From contig NMRA01000407.1 of assembly GCA_002633005.1 (NCBI GenBank), positions 165,143 through 229,142 of the forward strand: a DNA stretch of 64,000 nt. Reading direction: 5' to 3'. The position numbers and the translations under genes are program-made. The notes under the pieces were generated by a model. The model was not told where the DNA came from. It saw only the letters and a list, made by a program, of their open reading frames with translations, and did no database searches. Below, piece after piece: positions 1-12,700 of the stretch. Origin of the DNA: Phoronis australis. Its lineage: Eukaryota > Animalia > Phoronida. Within the stretch, counting starts at the first letter, position 1. Each line of letters begins with the position of its first letter.

Positions 1-266
1 GACCAGGATCTAATCCTTTTACTCAAAAGCATTTTTCATTCTACTTTGGTATGAACTTAAGATAAGTGCCTATTATTCTGTGTTCGAGTATTTTGTAGTT
101 TTACGTGGATGATGTTGTAGTCCTATTTTGTACTGGATGACCTCAACATTAAAGCTGTACTTTCGATTTTTTACTCGAGTTTGTATCTAGAAACTAGAGA
201 TGATCAAGCACGAATTTACAGTGGTTTTGAGTTCGTATTAAAGGAAAACGGAAAATGTCTCTTCAC

Positions 267-344
267 CTGAGAAGTTCTCTCTTGTAGTCTTCTAGGAAAT
301 CCTCTTCTCCGTTGTCCACCAACTCTTTAAACAGCGCCCTTTTC
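267..344 (-). CDS. Second copy of the 78-nt PDE exon (probably the other haplotype, assembly duplication)
   Basis: Same sequence and splice sites as 626-703, inside the duplicated block that ends at the 'n' at 359. Confidence 0.5.
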
Positions 345-625
345 CTAAACAACACAGGNTTTACTCAAAAGCATTTTTCATTCTACTTTGGTATGAACTT
401 AAGATAAGTGCCTATTATTCTGTGTTCGAGTATTTTGTAGTTTTACGTGGATGAGAGTGTAGTCCTATTTTGTACTGGATGACCTCAACATTAAAGCTGT
501 ACTTTCGATTTTTTACTCGAGTTTGTATCTAGAAACTAGAGATGATCAAGCACGAATTTACAGTGGTTTGTATAATCCGTAATCATTGAGTTCGTATTAA
601 AGGAAAACGGAAAATGTCTCTTCAC

Positions 626-703
626 CTGAGAAGTTCTCTCTTGTAGTCTTCTAGGAAATCCTCTTCTCCGTTGTCCACCAACTCTTTAAACAGCGCCCTT
701 TTC
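626..703 (-). CDS. PDE catalytic exon, [25 protein letters not shown](R)
   Basis: Acceptor gtttag|G, donor AG|gtgaag; 78 nt, phase 2-2. Confidence 0.88.
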
Positions 704-3700
704 CTAAACAACACAGGCGAGTCATGAAGGACAATTTTTCACAAAATATTTTCCATTTTAATAAACCTTTCACTCCTCATACTTGAAAATAGTTCTTAAA
801 AGATTTTGCAGTGGGAAATGACGTCACGCATGGTATGCCTACTATGCGATACCTGTTAATATGTAGTGAAACATACAGATCAATAAAAATATTAAAGGGT
901 CGAGGCAACTCTGGCATAATTCATATTGCTTAGGGAATCCAAAATGAATGAGCGGTCTCATAATTTGAGCTTTAAGCAGTGACAACATTAAAAGCGACAC
1001 AATACGTACTTGAAGTACAGGGCAAGATCTGTGGACAAAATAGCCGATTCTACCATATTTATGCAATTTCGGTATTCATTTGACGGAAGTTCACCAAAAA
1101 TGTTGTTCCCCTCACTGTTCAGGATCATGATGCAGTGGTCAAAGTGGTGGTGCTCCAGTGTTGACGTGCCGTACAATAAGGATAGCGGCGAGTCGCTCCT
1201 GAGAGTGCAGAAAACACGTATCATGACTGGTCAAAGTTTACTCGCGAGTCAAATTGCCTGATTGCACTTGCGTATGTATGACAGCATGAGATTTATTCGC
1301 TGAGTTTTAGGTGTGACAAACGTTTCGTCCTTTCAAATTTATTATAATTGACAAAATTGACAAGGAAAGTTTATTGCTATAACCATTTAAAATGTTCTTA
1401 GGAACGTCAAAAGGCAACGGTGTAAACTATAATATCATGTTAAAAGAACACGGGCCTATACTGGACAAAGATTAAAGATAGATAGGTTAAGGCTTAATGA
1501 ACTGAATAATCATCTGTTTATTATGTTGAACTCTATTCTTTACCAAGCTTTGTAAGATTTAAATAATTTACGAATACTAACTTAGATTGGAAGGCGTTGT
1601 TGGTTCCCCTGTGGTCAAGGTCGTGGCAGAGACAGCCGACCAATAAAGCGAACACTTCCAACTTGGAAAAGTAGCTTTCATATTCTCCTGTCTAGGCACA
1701 AGAATATATTACATTAACACATCTATCTAAAATCACCCCAAACGGTTATCCACAGTATAGATATAAAATTCGTGCGTGTTGTAGCTGATAAATTGTTTTG
1801 ATTAGAATCTTTATCATAGAGGTTTTGAAACTCTTTGGCTAGAAATGTGTGCAACGGCAAAATATGTACTAAAATAACTACCACGTTTTCAAAACAATTT
1901 TGCTGGAGAAAAGATGAAAACGACTACAAAAGTGAAGATGTTTTAGTAAATTACTTACATACAAAATTGAAAACATCATTTGCGCCACGTTGAATGCATG
2001 TCGCCAATTATGGTATATTACAGGACGATAGTTTTTCTTCACGCTGCAAACCCACCGACATAAAACCTGAAAACAACATGAGGTATTCTACGCACGTAAA
2101 ACTGTGTAGCTATAACACTGATTTGATCAGTTAGCAGTCCTGGTCTTATGTTTGATTACGCATGAGTTTCTCATTCAAGAAACATGCAAGCTGATCCGGG
2201 TCGCGGCACCTAATTTTAGGTTACGGGATCGTACCACGACCTAATGGGGGGGGGGTGATTTCGCTCACACGAGGACGCTGCAATGGGGTGATTTCACTCA
2301 CATGGCGACGCTGGGATTCAAAGTTAGATAAAAGTCGGATTTCGCGTCAGCGGCCATGAATTTGACTTGTGTCAGCTTTTTCTGAAAAAAACGTGTACCC
2401 AACTGCAAGGAAATTTTGAATGTCACTGAGCTAAGAAACCTATGCAATTCTTTGGTGTGATATCTTGATGTCATTAAAGCGTGTTGAGTGAAGTCGTTTC
2501 ATGGCTTTATTTAGAGGAAATTTCCGACATTTTAATTATGTCGTTCAACAAATGCATGATGTATTGTTCTCATCTCAGCAGTGTAAACATAGGTTATGAA
2601 ATGAATTCGAGATAGAATATCATACTGGTATTGCTATGTATGTGGGATAACTTATTTATCCAATATGTACGACCTCAATTATATCGCGGCGACATCATGT
2701 TGTCATGCGCTTTGGGTTGTAATTATGACGCCATATATATGCCAAGCGTACCCGCGCCGGTTAAAGCCTAACTTCAACGGAATTTTGTTAGTTTAGATGT
2801 ATTAGGCTAACCATATAGTCCTAGCAAAGACTTAGTAAAATAAGAAAACGAGAGTTCAATCACGCAAGTGTAAGCCCGTCAAATGATAAGTGAAGCTGTC
2901 TTTTCGTGCCATGTTGCGTCACCGCGAGATCCCAGCACGAACAACGAAAGGTTGTATTGAATAGGGGTCTGAATAGAACACCATTGCGTGCGAGTGTTAT
3001 TCGCAGCTGTGGTGATTCTCGAGGTGACGTAGACAAAAGCAAGCTAATACGCCTACCAGTTCGTTACATTTGGCACTAGTGGGCTAAAAGCGATGCTCTT
3101 AATATACTGTAGGAACCAAATTTACATGTGTTACCGTTGAAGATAGGCTTTAAGCGATAAGTTTTTCTGCACTTAAGTAATGAGGTTGAATCAATCAGAA
3201 TTTTTAATTTGTGAAATATGCAATTAAAACAATGAACCGTTCAAAAGTTCGTCGGAAACTTAGAAACAATCCATCCGGGAATATAAAATTTGAAAAATTA
3301 ACTGTTAAAAGCATACCAAACCCGGATTTGGCCTATTAACAGGTATTGAAAACAACTTACTCATTCAGTTCTCTGAAACAAAATAATGCTCTTTAACACT
3401 GGACATAAGGCCTTAAAAATTTGGAGGAAAGTTTAAAAACTTGCAGTGTACTAAACGGGCAAATGTGACCTACGCTTTACGCGAGTAACACCGCAACTGT
3501 TGGGAAAGACCAACCACCAAGAACCATAGTATGCTAGTTGTGACTCAGAGAGTATGAAAGTTTAATCTTGCTTCTATCACTCACGTGGGACGCCAGTGAT
3601 GCATTAGCAGATGACTGACCGATGGTTGGTTTAAATCACCGAAACAGGTTTTAGAATCCTTATAACTAAGCAGTTGTTTAGCTGTGTGCTTCGATGAATT

Positions 3701-6700
3701 TCTAGTCTATTTTCTTAGCTTATGGAGTGGAAATTGTGATAGAATATTTCCTCCGTTGATCGCGGTAAACGGATGGAAAATTTCTTTGGTGAGGTGGCTG
3801 ATTCGTGGAACTAGAGGTCAGGACTGTTTCATGCGCGTTACTTTCACGTGGCTGGGCTGAAGTCGAGGAAACAGTAGATTTGCTGCGGGTTAAGGCTTTA
3901 TTCAATTTCTTTTGCCACGTGATGTCGGCGCTGAAATAGTTTTTTAGAAAGGGTGTTCTTGTGGCCTGTTCATTGTGCTTCCTGATATCATGAGACGTTG
4001 ACATGCAGGTTTGCACAGGCTGTTATTTGTTTTTCGACCCAGTATTATACCTTGTTCGCACATAATTGACGTCATTTTTGAAGGAGTATATAGCCAATAG
4101 GCTGCGCGGCAAACCAAAGCTCAGATTTAGTTCCGTTCGAGGTTAGACGGATATAAAATGGTGCGTTTGTCATCATTTCCCTAGGCCTGTTTTGCCTATG
4201 TTTTTCTATGCTTCAGTGGACAGTTTTGTGGATCCTCTGGAGTAGTTTAACTTCCGTTCCAAAGCTCCGTGTTTTTGGTGTACTTTCGTTGAATTCTACT
4301 ATAGGTATTCGCCGGTGTCTGTCATCCCACGTCAACTCTCTATTGCCGTCACAACTACAGAGTCCGTACATCTTACCCATGCCAAACGATGTCGTATGGA
4401 TTTCGCAAGCTATTAATTAACTTGCGAGATTCATGCGACGGGCGTAAGCGCGTTGCCTGGTTATCACTTATGGGACGCTACTTTGTTGCGTCTTTGTTGG
4501 ATGTAACGATACAGGTCGCACGGACATCGTACCTTGGGTGCCAGTTAGTCGGTAACCATTATCTTTATTACAAGAAAGAAAAACAAAGTGAGCAGTAGAT
4601 ACGCCTATTTACCGATATCTACGCGATGAGCTTGCGCCCTATCGGGGCACGTGGAGGATCACTTCCTATGATTCCTTTCTCCTTTAAATTAATTTCCTCC
4701 GTGTGTGGAGGAAGCATTTCTGCGTTTCTCAGTCCATTTCTTCTTACCGAATTCTTTTAATTGCGTTCGTTTTACTATGAGGGCTTCGCGGAATGAGGCA
4801 AACTGCCTGCATCTCTTAGATGTCGATCGAGTGATCTCCGTGCGCATGTCATTGTACATGTATCTGGCCGGAGTACGCTGTCATCCAATTTGCCTAGTTC
4901 CAGGAAGAAACGTCCCAGGAGACAGTCAAGCTTCTATGTCGCCAATGTTCATTTTTTGCTTCTTGTATCTCTTAGCCATTTATTGAATGTTGCTTCGTCA
5001 CGCTTGTTTTGACGATATAAGTATTTCTTTTGCAGACAATAAGACCCTTAGAATCGCCGTCAGTCACAACAGGGCAATATTTGCTTTGACGTTCGTTCAG
5101 CGATAAACTCATCAAAGTTCATGTTGAATCCTAAGTCAAATATTGCCATCGCGAAAAGCAGGTTTTACGCTAACAGTGAGAGATGGAAAAATCCATCGAG
5201 GACGGCTGTGGATAGATGATTGTGTCCATTGTCTTATTCACACCTATATCAAGGGGATCAACATTTGGTCGGACTTCAAAACCATTTCCCCAGACTTCAA
5301 AACAACTTGCCCAGACTTCAAAACCACTTGCCCAGACTTCATAACCAGGCTGCTGAACTGCGCACCCAAAAAACTGGTTTCCCGGGTACGAAAAAAATAC
5401 TAGATATCGCTGAAATCCTTCGAGACTTTCAAAACGAGTCTCTGAGGAAACCCGGCTGTCGTGTTTTGATCACCAGCAAACTGGTTATAGCACCGGCCAT
5501 TGTGTTTTGTGTCCAACCAACTAGTTTTTGGGCGAGGCCATCGCGTTTTGAGGTTCAGAAAACACGTTTGATAACCGGCCATTTGGTTTTGCAGTCCAGC
5601 CGACCTGTTTTGAAATCCGAGCAAGTTGTTTTGAATTCCCCCTCATAAACGTATGTGTTAAAAAAATAAAAATTATGAAATCGTGGTCTGTTTGTTGCAT
5701 CCGTTTTCTGAAATGTTCAGATTGTTGGTGTCATGTATCCTAGTTGTCAGCCGAGGTTCGCGTTAGTCGCGGGTAAATCGGAACTCGGATTTCTTGCACA
5801 AATAGGCCTGTCTAAAACGGTGCTACTTGTTTTCAGTTGAAAGAAATGGAGTTAAAAGCTGGTGGCAAAGGCATTTAGCAACTGTTCGAACTTTAAACAA
5901 AAACGTTATTCGTCCTCGACAGGCAGGGATAATCTTCGTACGTGAGACGTGACTGGCGGACGACCTGTATCTAACTTAATTGGTCGCAGAACCACACAAA
6001 GGATTAGTTTCTGAAAGTAGCCCCATTTAGCTACCGATGTCCTCACTAACAGTAACGGAGACTTCAAATGACATTTTCATTCTTAAATGTTATATAGGAG
6101 TGATTAATTACAAAGTTCTCGTGAAGCGGTTGCTTATTATTGTACACGTTTTTATGCGTTCGCTTGCGATTGTACCCAGTTTTAAACTTCAGAAACTTGG
6201 CTCGTTTCACGGCACCATGTATTTTATCAACAGATTTGCACAATTCCCGTTGTCGTCAAGAGGATTTTGATCTATGCTGCTTCTGTGCATTAGCAATGTC
6301 TAAACGACAGTAAATTACTGGTTAATTTGATGTATCGTGTACCACAATTAGAGGTTTTTAACTGCTTGTCTTCTGAAATAGAATTCATTTTAAAAACCTA
6401 TCATAGCATAATCTTACCCAAAGAAATACGATAAAAAGACAAAATAAATNGAAAAAAACAAAGTGAACAGTAGATACGCCTATTTACCGATATCTACGCG
6501 ATGAGCTTGCGCCCTATCGGGGCACGTGGAGGATCACTTCCTATGATTCCTTTCTCCTTTAAATTAATTTCCTCCGTGTATGGAGGAAGCATTTCTGCGT
6601 TTATCAGTCCCTTTCTTCTTACCGAACTCTTTTAATTGCGTTCGTTTTACTATGAGGGCTTCGCGGAATGAGGCAAACTGCCTGCATCTCTTAGATGTCG

Positions 6701-9700
6701 ATCGAGTGATCTCCGTGTGCATGTCATTGTATCTGGCTGGTGTACGCTGTCATCCAATTTGCCTAGTTCCAGGAAGAAACGTCCCAGGAGACAGTCAAGC
6801 TTCTATGTCGCCAATGTTCATTTTTTGCTTCTTGTATCTCTTGGCCATTTATTGAATGTTGCTTCGTCACACTTGTTTTGACGATATAAGTATTTCTTTT
6901 GCAGACAATAAGATCCTTAGAATCGCCGTCAGTCACAACAGGAAAATACTTGCTTTGACGTTCGTTCAGCGATAAACTCATCAAAGTTCATGTTGAATCC
7001 TAAGTCAAATATTGCCATCGCGAAAAGCAGGTTTTACGCTAACAGTGAGAGATGGAAAAATCCATCGAGGACGGCTGTGGATAGATGTCCATTGTCTTAT
7101 TCACACCTATATCAAGGGGATCAACATTTGGTCGGACTTCAAAACCATTTCCCCAGACTTCAAAACAATTTGCCCAGACTTCAAAACCACTTGCCCAGAC
7201 TTCATAACCAGGATGCTGAACTGCGCACCCAAAAAACTGGTTTCCCGGGTACGAAAAAAATACTAGACATCGCTGAAATCCTTCGAGACTTTCAAAACGA
7301 GTCTCTGAGGAAACCCGGCTGTCGTGTTTTGATCACCAGCAAACTGGTTATAGCACCGGCCATTGTGTTTTGTGTCCAACCAACTAGTTTTTGGGCGAGG
7401 CCATCGCGTTTTGAAGTTCAGAAAACACGTTTGATAACCGGCCATTTGGTTTTGCAGTCCAGCCGACCTGATTTGAAATCCGAGCAAGTTGTTTTGAATT
7501 CCCCCTCATAAACGTATGTGTTAAAAAATAAAAATTATGAAATCGTGGTCTGTTTGTTGCATCCGTTTTCTGAAATGTTCAGATTGTTTGTGTCATGTAT
7601 CCTAGTTGTCAGCCGAGGTTCGCGTTAGTCGCGGGTAATTCGGAACTCGGATTTCTTGCACAAATAGGCCTGTCTAAAACGGTGCTACTTGTTTTCAGTT
7701 GAAAGAAATGGAGTTAAAAGCTGGTGGCAAAGGCATTTAGCAACTGTTCGAACTTTAAACAAAAACGTTATTCGTCCTCGACAGGCAGGGATAATCTTCG
7801 TACGTGAGACGTGACTGGCGGACGACCTGTATCTAACTTAATTGGTCGCAGAACCACACAAAGGATTAGTTTCTGAAAGTAGCCCCATTTAGCTACCGAT
7901 GTCCTCACTAACAGTAACGGAGACTTCAAATGACATTTTCATTCTTAAATGTTATATGGCAGTGATTAATTACAAAGTTCTCGTGAAGCGGTTGCTTCTT
8001 ATTGTACACGTTTTTATGCGTTCGCTTGCGATTGTACCCAATTTTAAACTTCAGAAACTTGGCTCGTTTCACGGCACGATGTATTTTATCAACGGATTTG
8101 CACAATTCCCGTTGTCGTCAAGAGGATTTTGATCTATGCTGCTTCTGTGCATTAGCAATGTCTATACGACAGTAAATTACTGGTTAATTTGATGTATCGT
8201 GTACCACAATTAGAGGTTTTTAACTGCTTGTCTTCTGAAATAGAATTCATTTTAAAAACCTATCCTAGCATAATCTTACCCAAAGAAATACGATAAAAAG
8301 ACAAAATAAATGCAGTAAATATATAGACGCTGAGGTTAGCCATTAGTGAAATACATAGATGCGTTAGGTTCAGTTCTCTGGTACCCGTTGGTGAACGGTT
8401 TTAGCACAAGTGTACATGTAACCCACTAAACGGAGAACCGTTCCAAGAAAACTGACTTAGCTAAGATAAATCTTAAATTTAAGTCAATTTTAAGATAAAA
8501 CTTCAATTTGTCTTGCGTCTGTTCCAAGGAAGTGATTATAAGTTTGACGTAGGTTTTGGACTAACTTACCGGATGCGGAAGTTTCAAAGTTTGGATGTGT
8601 AGACAAGTCTTAGACTTAAGTAAAAAATGAAGTTAAGTTAGTTTCTTGGAACGTGCTCCAAGGTTATTTACCAAGACCGTCTCGGATTACTCAGCGATAG
8701 AACTCTCACCCTGTTCCGGAAGTAAGAAAGCGCGTTGCTCGTGTTAGAAAGCACAGCACATTTTCGCATGTCATATCGGGCACCGTCGAGGTGTATGGAC
8801 GTTGAAATATTCTTGAATTCGAACGTTTAAAAGTCGTACTGGAACTGAAGAGGTATCTTCAAGAAAGAGGATTTTGTTCGGTTCAAAATTAACCCGACCA
8901 ATTTACTTTATCCACACTTTCCGCATTCTCTCGTCGGTGATCACATCCATTGATGTCGGGAAGACGACGAACTTAACATCGCACATCCACGGATATTTGT
9001 CAAGTTTCCCTAACTTTCCCGCATCGGAGTTGCAGCCCATAACGCAGCTGCAGTAATACTTCGTTAGCTTTGGGAGGACGAATATAGAGTAAATCGTGTA
9101 ACGAATACCACAATACATAGCGCGTGGAACTCCGATGGCGAGAAAACAAGGATACACAAAAAAGTGCTTGACGGATGTCGTGGTGCTGTGGGTAAGTACA
9201 GCGAGATTTGAGTGTTGCTACGTTACGCATGACGGCCTTATTGGCTTGTAAGCTCGTGATGCCGTATAAAAGAGCACGAGAACGCTTACGAGTGACTGCA
9301 CGAACACAAGGCGTCAGAGGCAACATGACATATCACAGCGTTCTTGACAATTACAGCTTATTTGGACACCTATGTGGAATAATTGATAACTGAAATGTTT
9401 GAAAACTTTTTAGTTTGAGAACCTAGCAGCTTCTGTATAATTGTTCCGCTTTTATTTTGGGTATAAAGTTTGATTGGTGGTAACACCAATTTTAGCAAAA
9501 TTAGACTATTACCAAGAAATACAAGTAGAAGAAAATTTCTAGCATGAAGTTTTCTATTTTGTTTGTAAAAATATGCAAAAACATTAATCGAAATTTCATT
9601 GTCGGTCGCTTATTTCAAACAGGTTTTGAATCTTGGCTCATAAGGGGCTTATCGCGCTGAGAATATAGCTTACTTTCAAGTGCATGTATATGGGGTAGGC

Positions 9701-12700
9701 AATATTCTACAGAAAAAAGACATACCACATCTGAAAGAGGTGTATCAGTTGATGGAAAGATTTCCGTGGATAAACCTGTGCTCTCCGTGGATACCGCTGA
9801 ACATCCTTGTATCCGCTGGACGACAGACGATGCGTTAAGACACAATCCAAAAATTTAAAAAATATATTTTTCTGTTGTACGTTATGGGTGGAAGACCGTC
9901 TCCGCCGTCGTTGTTTTTACCAGTGCAATACTGAGGAGTTGTGAGGGAAGTCCGCGGAAAGCCGCCTTTTTAGACATGAAAAGGTGCGTTTGTGGAGGCT
10001 GCGGTAACAGCAACTTGACTGACAACGTCTTTGTGTTCAAATTCCCTAAATACGTAAAAGTTGCTCTGAAATGGCGTCGGTTTCTGCGCCACCCAAAGTG
10101 TGGAATATCAGCCGTGCGGAACATACGATTCAGTCGGGAGCCACACATTGTTCGGCACATTTCAAAGAATCGCGTTTCTACCAAACACAAAAGCGATATA
10201 ACGATGGAAGACTCACCATCTTTATAAGTGTATTTGAAAAATTTTATTAATAACGAACAAATTGATTCCATTCTAGGGCGAGTGATGCCAGGCCCTCGAC
10301 CCCTGCCCAGATCGAGTGCTACGACACGTAGGCTTATGCATTGTTATCATGGGCGGATCCAGGATTTTGAGTTGGGGGGGCAGGGCAGAGTATTAGCCAG
10401 GATTTTGCCTGTCAAACATTGGCACTCCCGAACTGCCCAATGGAATCTTGGAGAATTTTAGGGGGGGCATGGCCCCCTTGGCCCCCCTCTAAATCCGCCA
10501 CTGGTGTTTAGCCAAGTGGCGGATCTAGGATATGACAAGGGGGGCCCAACATTTTGTCTGTAGGCATTTGCGCAAAGCACGATTGTAGATGCGCATAGCA
10601 CCGAATGGGGGAGGAAAATATTTTGATTTTTCCTCTAAGAAACAAGCATTTTCCTTGATTCCTGAAGTATTATCCAAGAAAAAGAAAAAAAACACGAGAA
10701 CGTGTCAAACTGGCAGAACCGCAATTACCACGGTCTCGAACTCACGATCCGGTTGACGGAGAGCGCGTGCTTTACCACCGCACCACCACGGTTTAAGTTG
10801 TGATGCCATACTAAAAGACCTACTTGTTTGTGGTCCAGTGTTTGCGCGCGAAACCTACATCTCTTTGTAATGCTTGTTTCCTGTTTTATATTTTGTGCAC
10901 TCAGCTCATAACAAAATTTGTTGTATTTAAAATAGTCTTCAATTGCCCAAAAGACAAAATCAGATTTTTGTGTTGGCATTAATGACGCGATTGCTTTGGA
11001 AATCGTGTTAAGTTTAAGGTTTGACAAAGAGAGAATTATGAATTTCTGAGTGATTCACTAAGGCTTCGATTAAAATTCACATCTTACCAGCAGCTCCTGT
11101 TTTTTCATCGTTACTCAGAATCCGTTTTCTTTACAAAAATGAAGTAATTTTCTTCATTGCACAGTGGAGTAGACGACGGAAACGGAGTCACAGTGCGCAG
11201 CGCCGCTGCCGGTCGCCTAGGATATCGTGGGAGAGCCAACACTCAGCTATAGTTCCATTCGTTTCAGCTGTATAATGTTAATTGCCGGGATTAATTAATG
11301 AATGAACTCAATATTTCCCTACGCTCTTTCTGTTTTTTGCGGCAGCCAAGAGGGGGGGGGGCGGGCCCCCTGCNNNNNNNNNNNNNGCTCCCCCCCCCCC
11401 CCTAAATCCGCCTATGTAGCCGTGCTCATTGCAGCATGGCAATAGTGAATACGAGTGACCCAGGTTTGCTGCGGCCTTTGTCAGTGATCATAAGTGTCTA
11501 TTTTGTGAATGTTGACCCCTCTGTTCAGTTGGTTGTGGCTCACATATGTCTGCATCATTTCCGTGCAAGTGGGTCGAGTTCATACGGCCTCAACTTAAAG
11601 CCGACGAAAGTTCGCTAAGTGGGAAATCGAATTCATTTTCTGATTCTTCAAGTTCTTGAGTGTGATGCCCGTATCCACTCTCCTCTGTCTCCATAATAAT
11701 TGTCCAGTTCTCGCTCGAAATCGTCCTATGTTCCACCATTCAATTGATTGTCAAGTGACTAAACGTCTTTCACCCATTACATTATTTGGCGGGAAACTTG
11801 GAAATAACTAATTTTTCTTCAAAAATAAAAGGTTCGCGACTATATAAGTGCTTATTTAGTTAGATTTTATGGTATTCATTTCATATTAGCTAAATGAAAC
11901 CTCAAAACCTAAGAAAGTGCATGGTGGGAACTCTTTAAAGACCGATGTCTAGTTTTTGCAATGGCTTTCTTGCTTAGGGATTGGTGACAAGTTTCTTGGC
12001 CAAGCCTCAGTGTTAATTAGGTTGCTACACTTACGCTGTAGTTGACTTGAAATGTTTTTGTAATGCCACTGTCGATAAACATTCTTATTGTTGCCTTCAA
12101 CGTGTCGTCATCGTCCAATTTGAAGTCGTTGAAATCGAACGAGTAGATGTTGAAATAAGCTGCTGTCGGTATCTTTGCGTGCTGTAATGAAAACAAGTTC
12201 ATTTGACAGGCACCGTCTTGACACTGCCCGTCATGTGACAAAGGACGTGTTGAAATGTTTCCTAACGATCAATATTTTAATTGGATATCATATTCCTCAG
12301 ATTCATGCGTCACTTCATTCAAATGATACTAATGTTACCTTAGTGCTAAAATACGTCTTTAGTAGTAAAGCCCTGATAATTCACCATATTGTCAGTTAAA
12401 TAAACTGTGTATACACTAGAAATCTGTCACCTGTCTATTGCAGATAGGATACTAATAACCCGTAAGCGCACAGAGACAATCAAATTAAATGAATGCCTGT
12501 ATTACAATCTTGCAAAATCGCCATTTGATCACGTAGGTCATAAGAAAATAGAACACGTAGAGGTAAAATTTTCCTCGCTGGTCAAGAAGACCGATCCTGG
12601 TAATACTTACCACGAGTCTTTCAGTCTCTTCCGTCTGTGCCGTGGCGTGATACGAGAGTACCTCTAACGCGACTGCCTGTTTTGCCGCCAACTTCGACGC

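Larger units (their letters stand above)
18..717. repeat. Near-identical direct duplication (18-358 / 360-717) across a single n
   Basis: Copies differ by a few substitutions and one indel of about 18 bp; junction is the 'n' at 359. Confidence 0.92.

Noticed and set aside
5143-7511. ORFs of 84-173 aa with repeated PRLQN / PDFKT units
   Set aside because: They are translations of the 21-bp-periodic repeat, open in several frames and on both strands, with no protein-family motif
10728-10787. tRNA-like sequences as functional tRNA genes (also 59272-59335 and 62513-62580)
   Set aside because: A/B boxes are present but the cloverleaf stems are incomplete; better explained as SINE heads
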